This document shows, piece after piece, positions 29,722 through 40,821 of a stretch of 64,000 nucleotides of DNA; within the stretch, counting starts at the first letter, position 1; each line of letters opens with the position of its first letter. Below the pieces are notes generated by a model that searched no databases, was not told where the DNA came from, and saw only the letters and a program-made list of their open reading frames with translations. The translations under genes were made by a program, and so were the position numbers. Source of the stretch: Yuukianura sp. NJ FZ-2021. Its lineage: Eukaryota. The DNA lies in contig CM102286.1 of assembly GCA_046563655.1 (NCBI GenBank), positions 5,518,001 to 5,582,000 on the forward strand, written 5' to 3'.

Positions 29722-30390
29722 CGAAGCACGCCATTACATCGAAAAAAAGACATCGACACAAAAGACATCGACACGAAAGACATCGACCCAAAAGACATCG
29801 ACAATAGAAATACATCGACAATGAAACACATCGACAAAAAAGACATCGACCAAAAAGACATCGACAATAGAAATACGTCGACAACGAAACACATCGACAC
29901 AAAAGACATCGACAGAAATTTTATTTTTTATACCAGGAAATGAAATTGCGTATTCTTCTTCAAATTTTGAAAAAAAAAATATGTCTGGCAATACTGATGA
30001 CGTATGGCTAGCTTAGCTTGCGGTACCGCGCCGAAGGCGCGGCGTTAGGTTTGGTAAAGCACGCCATAGTGATTACGTCGGTAGGGTCACTTGTTAGGTC
30101 GGGCTTAGGTGGACTTTTCAAAATTTTACTAGTGTTTTTTTCACTTAGGTTACGTAAACTTCCTTGCTTATTTAATTATACGGATTATGTCCCTTGTGTC
30201 AATGTATTTTCATTGTCGATGTCTTTTGTGTCGATGTGTTTCTATTGTCGATGTCTTTTTGGTCGATGTCTTTTTTGTCGATGTGTTTCATTGTCGATGT
30301 GTTTCTATTGTCGATGTCTTTCGTGTCGATGTCTTTTGTGTCGATGTCTTTCGTTTCGATGTCTTTTTTTCGATGTATTGGCATGGACCC
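29722..30390. mobile_element. Non-autonomous foldback/MULE-like MITE (669 bp) with long repeat-containing inverted arms
   Basis: Exact 8-bp TSD GTTTGAGT at 29714-29721 and 30391-30398. Left arm (to ~29913) is tandem (aaagacatcgacnnn)-type units; right arm (~30205-30390) is the reverse complement. Central hairpin ccgcgcc-gaa-ggcgcgg at 30026-30042. Confidence 0.85.
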
Positions 30391-33300
30391 GTTTGAGTAG
30401 ACTTGAGGGGGAGATTAATGAACTTTTCAGGTGCTTAATTTATGACTGGAAACAGGGGGAGATAAGTAGCAACATTACTTGGAACTGGAATAAAAAAAAA
30501 TTCATTGAAAAACTTTTCGGAACTGGAATAAAAATGTAAAAAGCACTATAATTTTACAATTCGCAGGAACTTTATTTTTCAAAAGAATCAAAACTGGTTT
30601 GACTTTAATTCCATCTTTCGCTTTCACACTCCGTTTCTTTTGAAAACTTGATCTTTACGAGTCCCCATCATCCTCGGTTTAAGCTCACACTATACAATTA
30701 GATTCGCTCATGCTCCAAGGCATTTTAGCACAATCGTATAATGTTAAGATCTGGAACAAGATCTTTGCAGGTCGACAACTTACGTGCTGCCGACTGCTAA
30801 ATGGGCGGAATTTGTGAAGTTCATTTTTAAGAAAAGAGCGTCTCTCTCGCAATCATCAGACAAATTCTTTAGAGATCACTACAATTTGTGGGAGAACGTT
30901 TTTAGGAAATTGAGGCTAACCGATTCTAGCCAGGAGCCGAAAGTAATCATCCTCCAGTTTTTCAAAATTTCTGTGCAAAAAGAGCAATTTGAAACCCAGA
31001 GCTTCCTGAATGCACTTCAACATTATGTTCCTGAAGGATCTTAAAAAGCGAGCTCTTTTTACCAAGAAAATCTTCAAAAGTTATAGATATTATTCTGAAA
31101 CGTGAAATGCTCGTCAGTATTAGTACTAGCTGGGGCGTCATGATGATGCTGAGCATCTGGAAAGGAAATTTCAGCTTTTTTTAACGAAGACGAATTCTAC
31201 CGGCACTGGGAAGACGCATTCTTACAGAAACCATTTTTTTGAAGAAGGCTCTTGACGTTGAAGTACTTTTGAAATTTCTAAAAGCACCAGGAGTCAATAC
31301 GTGAAATTGAAAGTAACCGCGCCACTACCACCTCAAGGCATCTTCCCTCCATTCATACATTGAAAGTTATGTTATATTCAGGATCCAATTGACCACGGTT
31401 GGCCTATGGGAGAATAGGACTCAAGGACCCTATCCTGAATAAATCATGATTCAGTATTCCTTCTGCACAATTCTTTTGTTCTAGGACCGTTCCGTGTCGT
31501 AATTACACGCAGAACCGATCTTCTTCCTTCGAGGTAGGGGACCCTTGTGACCCCTTAACCTTTACAAATCCTACTTTATAAAACCACATCTCCATTTTTC
31601 ATAATCCACCGCGTGAACATTTCAATGACAAACAACCGAAAACTTGTTTAGTTTCAAAAGTTTAAAAAAAAGTTTTTCAAAATAGAAACTTAGTGTTATA
31701 AAAGGTTCAACCAATTCAAGCGGATTCAATGCAGTTCCCGTTACTGGCAGCAGGAACTGACACAGTGGCTGTCGTGTCGTGACTCTTCACTTTAATCCAT
31801 AACTAAAAAGTTTCGCACGTGAATAATAAAAGTGATCTCTACACCGGTACTTTTTATAATACATTATTTTTATATAGAACTTAACCGTATCCAAACCAAC
31901 AGTCCTATTTGAATCCATTTTTTGAAATTCAAAATTGGGGGTCATTACAAGCTCCTTTTGAAACCAAACATCCTGTATGCATCATTTCCCGCACAAAACG
32001 TCATGCATCAACTTTTGAAAGCAATACGAACGGGGTTGTTGAAGGGGTTGACATATTCAATGGTAAAGTGGTTGATATATTCAATTCGTTTTTTTTTCAA
32101 ATTTTCAATTTTGATTCTTACCTTGTACGAGGGATGCAGAGATGCAGAGCCCAAGGATGAACAAAATCCAGTACTCCGATCTTGAAAACATTTTTCGTCC
32201 AAATCGCTGATCTTCTCCAATGATAAAGAATCCAAGGAAGTTTAAGTTGTTGGCGGGTTGCACGAGTGCTGCAGGGTGTGCTTAATTTATGACAATATTA
32301 AGGAAACCGTAGGGAGGGAAAAGTCAATTTGTCACTTTTTCCTTTAAATCTGAAACTTCAAAATCTCTGCCAAAATTTTAATGAGAAATTTCGTGTGTGT
32401 GGGCTTTAAGACGCTTGGAGATACTTAAAGGCAGTGGGAATCCTTTCTATTGTTGCTAATTTATTGTGCTTAGGTGCACAAGTTATTGTAGTACACGTAA
32501 GACTGATGAATTTTTATAAGAGGTTCACAATGGCACTTCAAGCAGCAAAACCACTGGCGAAGTTTTTAAATCCTTCACCCCACCCGGCGTTTTCCAACTG
32601 CCACTGCTGAATGTCACCACAGGAATTTTCAAATTTCTTGCCGGTAAGCTCCAAAAGTTTCTTTAAAGGAGGAAAAACTGACAAAGTTCAATGAGTAAAG
32701 TTGAAACTGCTTATTTTTTTCGTTCTGGAGAAGATTGAAGCTCGTCGTATGGTTCCTCCAAAAGTACCAAAACTTTTCAAATCTCAAATCCCAAAGGTTG
32801 TCAAGTCTTGAGAACCCAAGAACGCGTGACCTCTGGGTCAAATCTAATCTTTTACCGGCTTCTCACAAGCAGCTTCAAGATTTCACAGCTTTAAAAAATA
32901 TACAGAGAGGGTGAACAGTAGTAGTAAGTATGAACTCGGCAGGTTAGCTTGGATCTGGACGATGGAAGATCTGCTGGTGAACTGAACAAAGGGAGTTTGG
33001 ATCCACATTTTGATTTTTTGTCTGCCGCCCCGCCGTTGCGTGCTTCAGTCTTCATGGACTTAGGATTTTGGGAGGCTTAAAGCTTCATCATGGCAAGAAA
33101 CGCCAAAGCCTGTTCCTAGGGAACTTTTAGCTACTAATAACACTATGTGAGCGTGGGATTGTCTGGTTGGCAGGGGTTCATGTACCATACTTTAATTTGG
33201 CATGGTAAGACTTCCGATGCAGTGTCAATGATTACTTCAATCCCACACCTAACATAACTTTTTCTAAAAAAAAAGTTTTCAGAGTTGGCGACTACTTTAT

Positions 33301-34639
33301 GGAAAGACTAAAAGATGAATTCGAAAGGTGAAGTATAGTAACTTGAACTCTGTTTCAAAATCATGACTTACCGTTCCATGTGTTTTTGATTTTTGCAAAA
33401 GTTGGAATGAATGAATTCAAAATAAAAAAAATTTTATCGCTATCTTTAGCTTGAACACTTGAAAAATCTTGCGTAAACAATTCGCAGCAAACCCAAACAG
33501 AAACAAATTCTCGAATTCGAGTGAATTTTCCATCAAGTGCGTATTTGGTTGTCGTTTGTAAATAGAAGGCATGTTTTGATATGTTTTGAAATCAAACGTT
33601 TGTACAATCAAACTTGCCCGCGCAATTCCTAACTAATGATTCATGAGTTTTTTAAGTAGAATTTTGTTTTAAGATTTTTTTTTTAAAAATTTTTAGCAAA
33701 AGTAGGTCAGCGCAGAGTGGTACCCAACAGTTACATAATGAAAAGCGCAGAAAATCTGGAAAAGTAATTTCGTTTTCAAAGATGCGTGGAATTATTTTTG
33801 AGGATGATGCCATCAGCTCAAAATGGTGATGCGAAACTGTCTGACAAAAGAATTAGGTCGAATGTTGACATTGACAAGCCTATGAAAGAATTTTGGTAAC
33901 GAAGGCGGTGTTTTCCTCGTAAAAGTATTTTCCGTTCCAGATTCAGATCTGTGTGGTTATGACGAGGTCAGACGCCTGAGTCAGATTCGGAACAACTCCA
34001 AAAATTTAGACCTTAAGAAAACCTCAAAACTAAAAATTCTATACTATCCTCAGCGATTGATTTTCTGAATTAATTAAAATCACTGTTTTTAATGACCTTC
34101 ACTGAAAGTTCAAACATTTAGCTTTGTGACTGCGAGTTTAATAGAAAAACATTTGTTGAATCCATTATATGGCGTTGTTGAGCGTGAAGAATTTGATCTG
34201 GAGTGACACCTATTGCCCTAAGAACGCTGTAACTTGAATGCGATCCATTTTCACCACCTTACTGACGTTTTAATTGTTGCCGACAAGATGGCACTGATTC
34301 TCAAATTGTTACAGGGCACAGGAGAGCAGTGAACGTTTTAGTTCTGCTGAAGATTTTGACATCAAAATTTCAACCAGAAAAAAAATTCGGCTTGAAACGC
34401 TATTGATTCATGTCATTTACACAAGCCTTTTGGAAAATTTTTTGAAGAAAAAATGTGATTTGATGTGGAGCTTTCATGAATTCCAGGGAGTACAACTTGT
34501 GCTTGATTTTGATTTTTTAGTATTATGCATAATGAATCTGTATAATTTCGTCAAAGAAGGAAAAAGTTTTTAAAAAAATCTCGCCCCAAACAATTTTTTC
34601 TACCTTTTTTCTACTTTTTTTTTGTTTTTTTCTAATGTA

Positions 34640-37258
34640 AAGTCAAGTCTCGTTAACTCTAATAATAACACTTCTGCTACGCTTTCAAGCAAGAGACACA
34701 GGGACTAAGTTTTTTACCACATCCCCGAACCAATGCGGATTGAGACTTTGAAACGATCTGTGCATGGACACATTCGCCAAGAAGTGATTCCGTAGGTTTC
34801 GGTTGTGGGATTTAGTATGTGTTCCTAAGTGATGGTGCACAGAAGGTTTAGGAAAAAATTTAGAACTATTATTTAGAAAAGAGTTGTTTTCACTTTTTGC
34901 GTTTTAAGAAATTTCGGCTACGTTAAGTAAATTTTTTAAGTTGAGATTCGAGTTATGAAAAACGAAATTCGGAATTAGTCTACACGAAGATACATACGAC
35001 AGAGGACTAGTCAATGACTACGCTCGAGATTCCGGCCCCAGTTCACTCGAACTGGCACACTCCGGACTTACCGAGAGAGATTCACACCCCTCCCTGCCCT
35101 GTGTCACCTGAACAGCTACTTGCAAGCCTCGATCCGTCCTCGCGCCCAATCTACTACAATGCCGTATGTTCCAGCGTATAGAAAAAACCGAAAGTCACGT
35201 TAAACGTCAAGTCAAGTCTCGTTAACTCTAATAATAACACTTCTGCTGCGCATTCAAGCAAGAGACACAGGGACTAAGTTTTTTACCACATCCCCGAACC
35301 AATGCGGATTGAGACTTTGAAACGATCTGTGCATGGACACATTCGTCAAGAAGTGATTCCGTAGGTTTCGGTTGTGGGATTTAGTATGTGTTCCTAAGTG
35401 ATGGTGCACAGAAGGTTTAGTAAAAAATTTAGAAATATTATTTAGAAAGGAGTTGTTTTCACTTTTTGCGTTTTAAGAAATTTCGGATACGTTAAGTAAA
35501 TTTTTTAAGTTGAGATTCGAGTTGTGAAAAACGAAATTCGGAATTAGTCTACACGAAGATACATACGACAGAGGACTAGTCAATGACTACGCTCGAGATT
35601 CCGGCCCCAGTTCACTCGAACTGGCACACTCCGGACTTACCGAGAGAGATTCACACCCCTCCCTGCCCTGTGTCACCTGAACAGCTACTTGCAAGCCTCG
35701 ATCCGTCCTCGCGCCCAATCTACTACAATGCCGTATGTTCCAGCGTATAGAAAAAAACCGAAAGTCACGTTAAACGTCAAGTCAAGTCTCGTTAACTCTA
35801 ATAATAACACTTCTGCTGCGCATTCAAGCAAGAGACACAGGGACTAAGTTTTTTACCACATCCCCGAACCAATGCGGATTGAGACTTTGAAACGATCTGT
35901 GCATGGACACATTCGTCAAGAAGTGATTCCGTAGGTTTCGGTTGTGGGATTTAGTATGTGTTCCTAAGTGATGGTGCACAGAAGGTTTAGGAAAAAATTT
36001 AGAACTATTATTTAGAAAAGAGTTGTTTTCACTTTTTGCGTTTTAAGAAATTTCGGCTACGTTAAGTAAATTTTTTAAGTTGAGATTCGAGTTGTGAAAA
36101 ACGAAATTCGGAATTAGTCTACACGAAGATACATACGACAGAGGACTAGTCAATGACTACGCTCGAGATTCCGGCCCCAGTTCACTCGAACTGGCACACT
36201 CCGGACTTACCGAGAGAGATTCACACCCCTCCCTGCCCTGTGTCACCTGAACAGCTACTTGCAAGCCTCGATCCGTCCTCGCGCCCAATCTACTACAATG
36301 CCGTATGTTCCAGCGTATAGAAAAAAACCGAAAGTCACGTTAAACGTCAAGTCAAGTCTCGTTAACTCTAATAATAACACTTCTGCTGCGCATTCAAGCA
36401 AGAGACACAGGGACTAAGTTTTTTACCACATCCCCGAACCAATGCGGATTGAGACTTTGAAACGATCTGTGCATGGACACATTCGTCAAGAAGTGATTCC
36501 GTAGGTTTCGGTTGTGGGATTTAGTATGTGTTCCTAAGTGATGGTGCACAGAAGGTTTAGGAAAAAATTTAGAAATATTATTTAGAAAGGAGTTGTTTTC
36601 ACTTTTTGCGTTTTAAGAAATTTCGGATACGTTAAGTAAATTTTTTAAGTTGAGATTCGAGTTGTGAAAAACGAAATTCGGAATTAGTCTACACGAAGAT
36701 ACATACGACAGAGGACTAGTCAATGACTACGCTCGAGATTCCGGCCCCAGTTCACTCGAACTGGCACACTCCGGACTTACCGAGAGAGATTCACACCCCT
36801 CCCTGCCCTGTGTCACCTGAACAGCTACTTGCAAGCCTCGATCCGTCCTCGCGCCCAATCTACTACAATGCCGTATGTTCTAGCGTATAGAAAAAAACCG
36901 AAAGTCACGTTAAACGTCAAGTCAAGTCTCGTTAACTCTAATAATAACACTTCTGCTGCGCATTCAAGCAAGAGACACAGGGACTAAGTTTTTTACCACA
37001 TCCCCGAACCAATGCGGATTGAGACTTTGAAACGATCTGTGCATGGACACATTCGTCAAGAAGTGATTCCGTAGGTTTCGGTTGTGGGATTTAGTATGTG
37101 TTCCTAAGTGATGGTGCAGAGAAGGTTTAGTAAAAAATTTAGAAATATTATTTAGAAAGGAATTGTTTTCCCTTTTTACGTTTTAAGAAATTTCGGATAC
37201 GTTAAGTAAATTTTTTAAGTTGAGATTCGAGTTGCCAAAAACTAAATTCGAAATTAAT
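34640..37258. repeat. Tandem array of a 570-bp unit, 4 full copies plus ~0.6 copy, very high identity
   Basis: gtcaagtctcgttaactc recurs at 34642, 35211, 35781, 36351, 36921 (spacing 569, 570, 570, 570); only a few substitutions between copies. Confidence 0.98.
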
Positions 37259-37609
37259 CCCAAATTTTGAAAATCTGAGAAAAGAAATGCCTGGTTGACC
37301 TGTTACACAATTGCAAATTGACGTGACTATTCGCTATTTCAAATTCCTTATTTTTTCAAGTTTTTTTCCCATGATTTCCAAAACCGTCCCTATGGATAAA
37401 ACCGGATAAAAATATTATCCACACTCGTAACATGCCTATAATATAACACTCGTAAAAACCTGCGAATCGGCAGTCTGAAATATCTGGTTTTCGGAGGAAT
37501 AGACATACACGATTGGTTGCTCCATGTGCTTATCATGTTTACTTTCAAATTGTTATTATTCATATTCGTGCATCGGAAACACAAATCACACCTTAACAGT
37601 TAATTCGTG

Positions 37610-38298
37610 TTTGGAAAAAGATGAACGAGAACGAGAGAGGGAAGATGACATGGAGAAAGCAGCCATCACTAAAAATCCAAATCTACCAAGTCTACAAACA
37701 GCTGATACTGAAAAAATGGTAATTTCCAAAAACTAATTCCAAAATTTGCAACTTCTAGAAAAGATTTTTTTTTGAAAATTTCGAATTTGGTCTGAACAGG
37801 CTGACAAACTCATCGAAGCTCCTTGATGTATTCAAAGACAGTGCCGACGAACACCCTCTCCTGCAAGCCTACGGTGCTGAGACACTGAATGATTTCATGA
37901 CCAAAGTGCTAAGTTTAAGTACTATCAAGGCAGTAGAGTTGGAACAAAGCATTATGCTACTTCCGGTTTCCTACGTTCATCAAATGATTCCAGCACTGGA
38001 GCAAGTACTTGTCCACTCTCCCCTTTACGCTGAACTTGCAATCAAATGTCTCTCGCCTGTTGTCAACTTCCACTTGGATTCTCTGCGCCGAGTCGATAAA
38101 GAACTGTTGAACAAAGTAGCGGATTTGGCAGAGTCCAGAGGCCTTGAACTGAGCGACAGACTTGGAGTGAACATCGCCTCAAGTTTTTGCAGGAGTCGGT
38201 AACAATGGCAGAAAACTTGGCGTGAAATTTTGAACCTACCGTGGGAGATGTGAAACGTAAGAGGAAACAGAGCGAAAAACTTATCAAAAGAGCCTTTG
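37610..38298 (+). pseudogene. WDR3: 3' fragment of WDR3/Utp12 (Dip2) with retained intron and frameshifts
   Basis: LEKDEREREREDD..TADTEKM / intron 37719-37799 / ADKLIEA (frameshift) LDVFKD..HPLLQAYG..IKAVELEQSIMLLPVSYV..ELAIKCL..HLDSL..DRLGVNIA (frameshift) LKFLQE..KRKRKQSEKLIKRA follows the WDR3 C-terminal Utp12 domain and basic tail. No WD40 exons seen upstream. Confidence 0.8.
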
Positions 38299-39020
38299 GT
38301 GTCCTAGGTCATCCTTCCTTATCCTTGTCCATTGAAGATTGGTCAAGCAGAGATTGACTTCGCAAAAAGAAGTCAAACTTGATTGTGATTTGTGATAGGA
38401 AAAAAGAAGCTGAAATGAAGTTGCCAAAAACTTGCCGCCGTCTGGTGGTTTTCGCAAATATCCACATCATTCCAGTCCTGGCAATTGAGCTATGTAGGTT
38501 GTCCACAGTTAGTACTTAAGGTGTCCTAGGTCATCCTTCCTTGTCCATTGAAGATTGGTCAAGCAGAGATTGTATTCGCAAAAAGAAGTCAAACATTGCG
38601 ATTGTGATAGGAAAAGAGAAGCTGAAATGAAGTTGCCAAAAACTTGCCGCCGTGTGGTTGTTTTCGCAAATATCCACATTCCAGTCCTGGCACTTGAGCT
38701 CTGTAGTATGTCCACGGTGAGTACTGTTACTGTTAGGGCATCCCAGGTCTTCCTTCCTTGTCCATTGAAGATTGGTCAAGCAGAGATTGACTTCGCAAAA
38801 GTTGAAGTCAAACATTTCGATAGGAAAGGATAAGCTAAACAAAAAAAAATTGGCAACTTACCGACGTCGGGTCTTGAAGTCTTCGGAAATATCCAGGTAA
38901 CAGTGAGGGCCCGTGAACTTTACAGTTTGTCCACCGTGAGTATGTCCATGTCATCCGTCGTCCTTGTCCATTGACACTGGTCGCTCACAAATTGTTCCGC
39001 ACAAACGAAATTTGCACGGT
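38298..39020. repeat. Diverged tandem repeat, ~217-222 bp unit, 3 copies plus an older fourth
   Basis: ccttgtccattgaagattggtcaagcagagattg recurs near 38323, 38540 and 38756; a diverged ccttgtccattgacactggtc occurs near 38962. Confidence 0.9.
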
Positions 39021-39824
39021 GTTGCGAAAAAAAAGAGAGACTTTTGCGTTTTTTTTGCGAGGAACGTAAAGTACGTCTACCCAGGCCGGGTTTCTAAGAA
39101 TCACTGCGGGATTTCAAAATGGCGACCGACGACATCGCAACGAGAACCTTCGAGAAGGTTCTAGAAAGACAGTGAACTTCTACTGCTTCTAAGCAGCGAC
39201 TGCTATATGGAAAACAATGGAGACTGTTACTGGCTATGATCGGTTTTCGATATAGCCGAACCTTCCAGAAAGTTCGGAGGGGGACGAGGAGGGGGAGGGG
39301 GGGGGAAGGGGTGACCTGCCTCTGGACAGTATAGCAATGCTCATCCATTGTTGTCCAAGTATTAGTACTTTTGTATGAAGTAAACAGTTATGTATAGTTC
39401 CATTCATTTGTTCTAAAAATAGCTGGAAAAAAAACGAAATACTACATTCATACCCAATCTTCACACCGCAAAAATTTTGAAATTTGATAAAGCAGCATAC
39501 CATTGGCAAAATTTCGGTTGACATTTCGACTTAACAGTACACTCTCTGAAGTGAGTCCTTTGATAAATTTGACACCAAGACATGACAAATTATCGTGTTC
39601 AGTTTGGCCTTACTTGATATCCGAACCTCTGACCTATTCCCTAATAAATTCTGACTCTGACTGTTTCAGATTCTTCTGCTCCGGCCAAGACGAATTGAAT
39701 GTCCAGTTCCATTTTCTGGGGTCTGAAGATTGGTAGCATAAATCTCAAAGGAACGAGATTTCGGCGTCAACTTTACAGTTTACAATACTTGAATCTGAGA
39801 ACTTAGACACAAGGCATCGATACC

Positions 39825-40132
39825 ATGGAAAACAAAGAGATCGTAGCCATTATCGGGAGGTAAGTGTTGCTCGGTCACTGATGATGCTTTTTAGCGATAT
39901 TAACTTATTGCATTTTATATTGTTTGATCTTATTATAGCGGTCTTATTGGAAAGTCTTGGGCAATGCTTTTTGCCTCTGGAGGTCATCAGGTCAGACTTT
40001 ATGACACGGATCCCGTTGTAGTAAATTTGGCATTGACAGACATCCGGAACAAACTGGAAAAACTGGAGGAAGATGGGACTCTGAAGAACTCGAAGATACT
40101 TTCATCAAAGATGCAATCCGAGCTCATTTCAA
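39825..40132 (+). pseudogene. CRYL1: 5' part (exons 39825-39859 and 39939-~40132) of lambda-crystallin/L-gulonate 3-dehydrogenase (3-hydroxyacyl-CoA dehydrogenase family); remainder not found in window
   Basis: Spliced translation [59 protein letters not shown] has the Rossmann GxGxxG and the CRYL1-typical [10 protein letters not shown]; similarity stops abruptly. Confidence 0.8.
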
Positions 40133-40741
40133 GTGAACGAACGCCTCAAAAAAATGTGAGAAGAAAAATCGTTTTAATCGTAGAATATTTTTTTTACCAT
40201 CATGTCTTAGGTTATTCTACTCTTGATGTTGAGGACACCCTCCCTCCGTACAAGTTCAACGTGAATAATTCAGTTTGAATAATTTTTCCTAACAACGGGA
40301 AACGGTACAATACAAACTGGAAAGTAGTTGTGTTAAGCCTGCAATGTTAAGATCCACTTTTCAAAATATTTTGAGTCAAAATATTCTAAACATAAGCTTT
40401 TCCTACACATTTTCAAGCCTAAAATATGTGTAGGAATACGTTGAACGAAAGCCTCAGACTCAACTTCTGATAACGATTTGGAACAAAACAAAGGTGTGAT
40501 TGGATTATTGATTAGTACAAGTGAGACGTGGTGTTACAAAAGTAAAAATACATCCTGAAAAACCTTGTCCAACTTTCCGGAATATTTGAAAAACCTACTT
40601 TCCATTGCCTAATCTATCTCTAAACCCTAACCAGCAGCATCATTACTTCGGGTTATCTTAACTAAAAACTATTAAGGTGAATGGGAAATGCAGTGGTAGT
40701 TGACATTCGTGCTCAATTTGGCCGGCTGATTACCCGCATGG

Positions 40742-40749
40742 TATAAATA
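40742..40749 (+). promoter_or_regulatory. Candidate TATA box of the Ly6-like gene
   Basis: TATAAATA 80 bp upstream of ATG 40822, with an Inr-like TCAGT near 40784. Confidence 0.4.
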
Positions 40750-40821
40750 AGTGTCATCCTTGGATAAGGATTGGTGGAACGCTTCAGTCACTTACAGTAA
40801 CAATTTGCCAGCAGATTCAAA

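Noticed and set aside
29740..30376. CRISPR-like appearance of short regular repeats
   Set aside because: No unique spacers, units are directly adjacent and mirrored as inverted arms, no cas genes, eukaryotic context.
29667..30539. Cluster of repetitive ORFs (KDIDT / MSFVS / CRCL repeats)
   Set aside because: Translation artefacts of the 15/18-bp repeat arms of the MITE; open in many frames on both strands.
33700..34330. Possible BTB/BACK pseudogene (LTDVLIVADK)
   Set aside because: Single short motif amid many stops; insufficient support.
34640..37258. Array as U1 snRNA, 5S rRNA, tRNA, SL RNA or hammerhead retrozyme repeat
   Set aside because: ACTTACC matches only the first bases of U1. 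I found no 5S or tRNA fold or A/B boxes, no CTGANGA hammerhead core on either strand, and no convincing Sm site after the donor-like motif. An Rfam scan would be needed to exclude divergent RNAs.
37621..38202. Intact two-exon gene starting MNENERGKMTW
   Set aside because: The splice is in frame, but WDR3 similarity in exon 1 lies in another frame, so a frameshifted pseudogene explains it better.
38925..38950. GHTHGGQ metallophosphoesterase motif on the minus strand
   Set aside because: Isolated, immediately preceded by a stop, with no other phosphoesterase motifs nearby.
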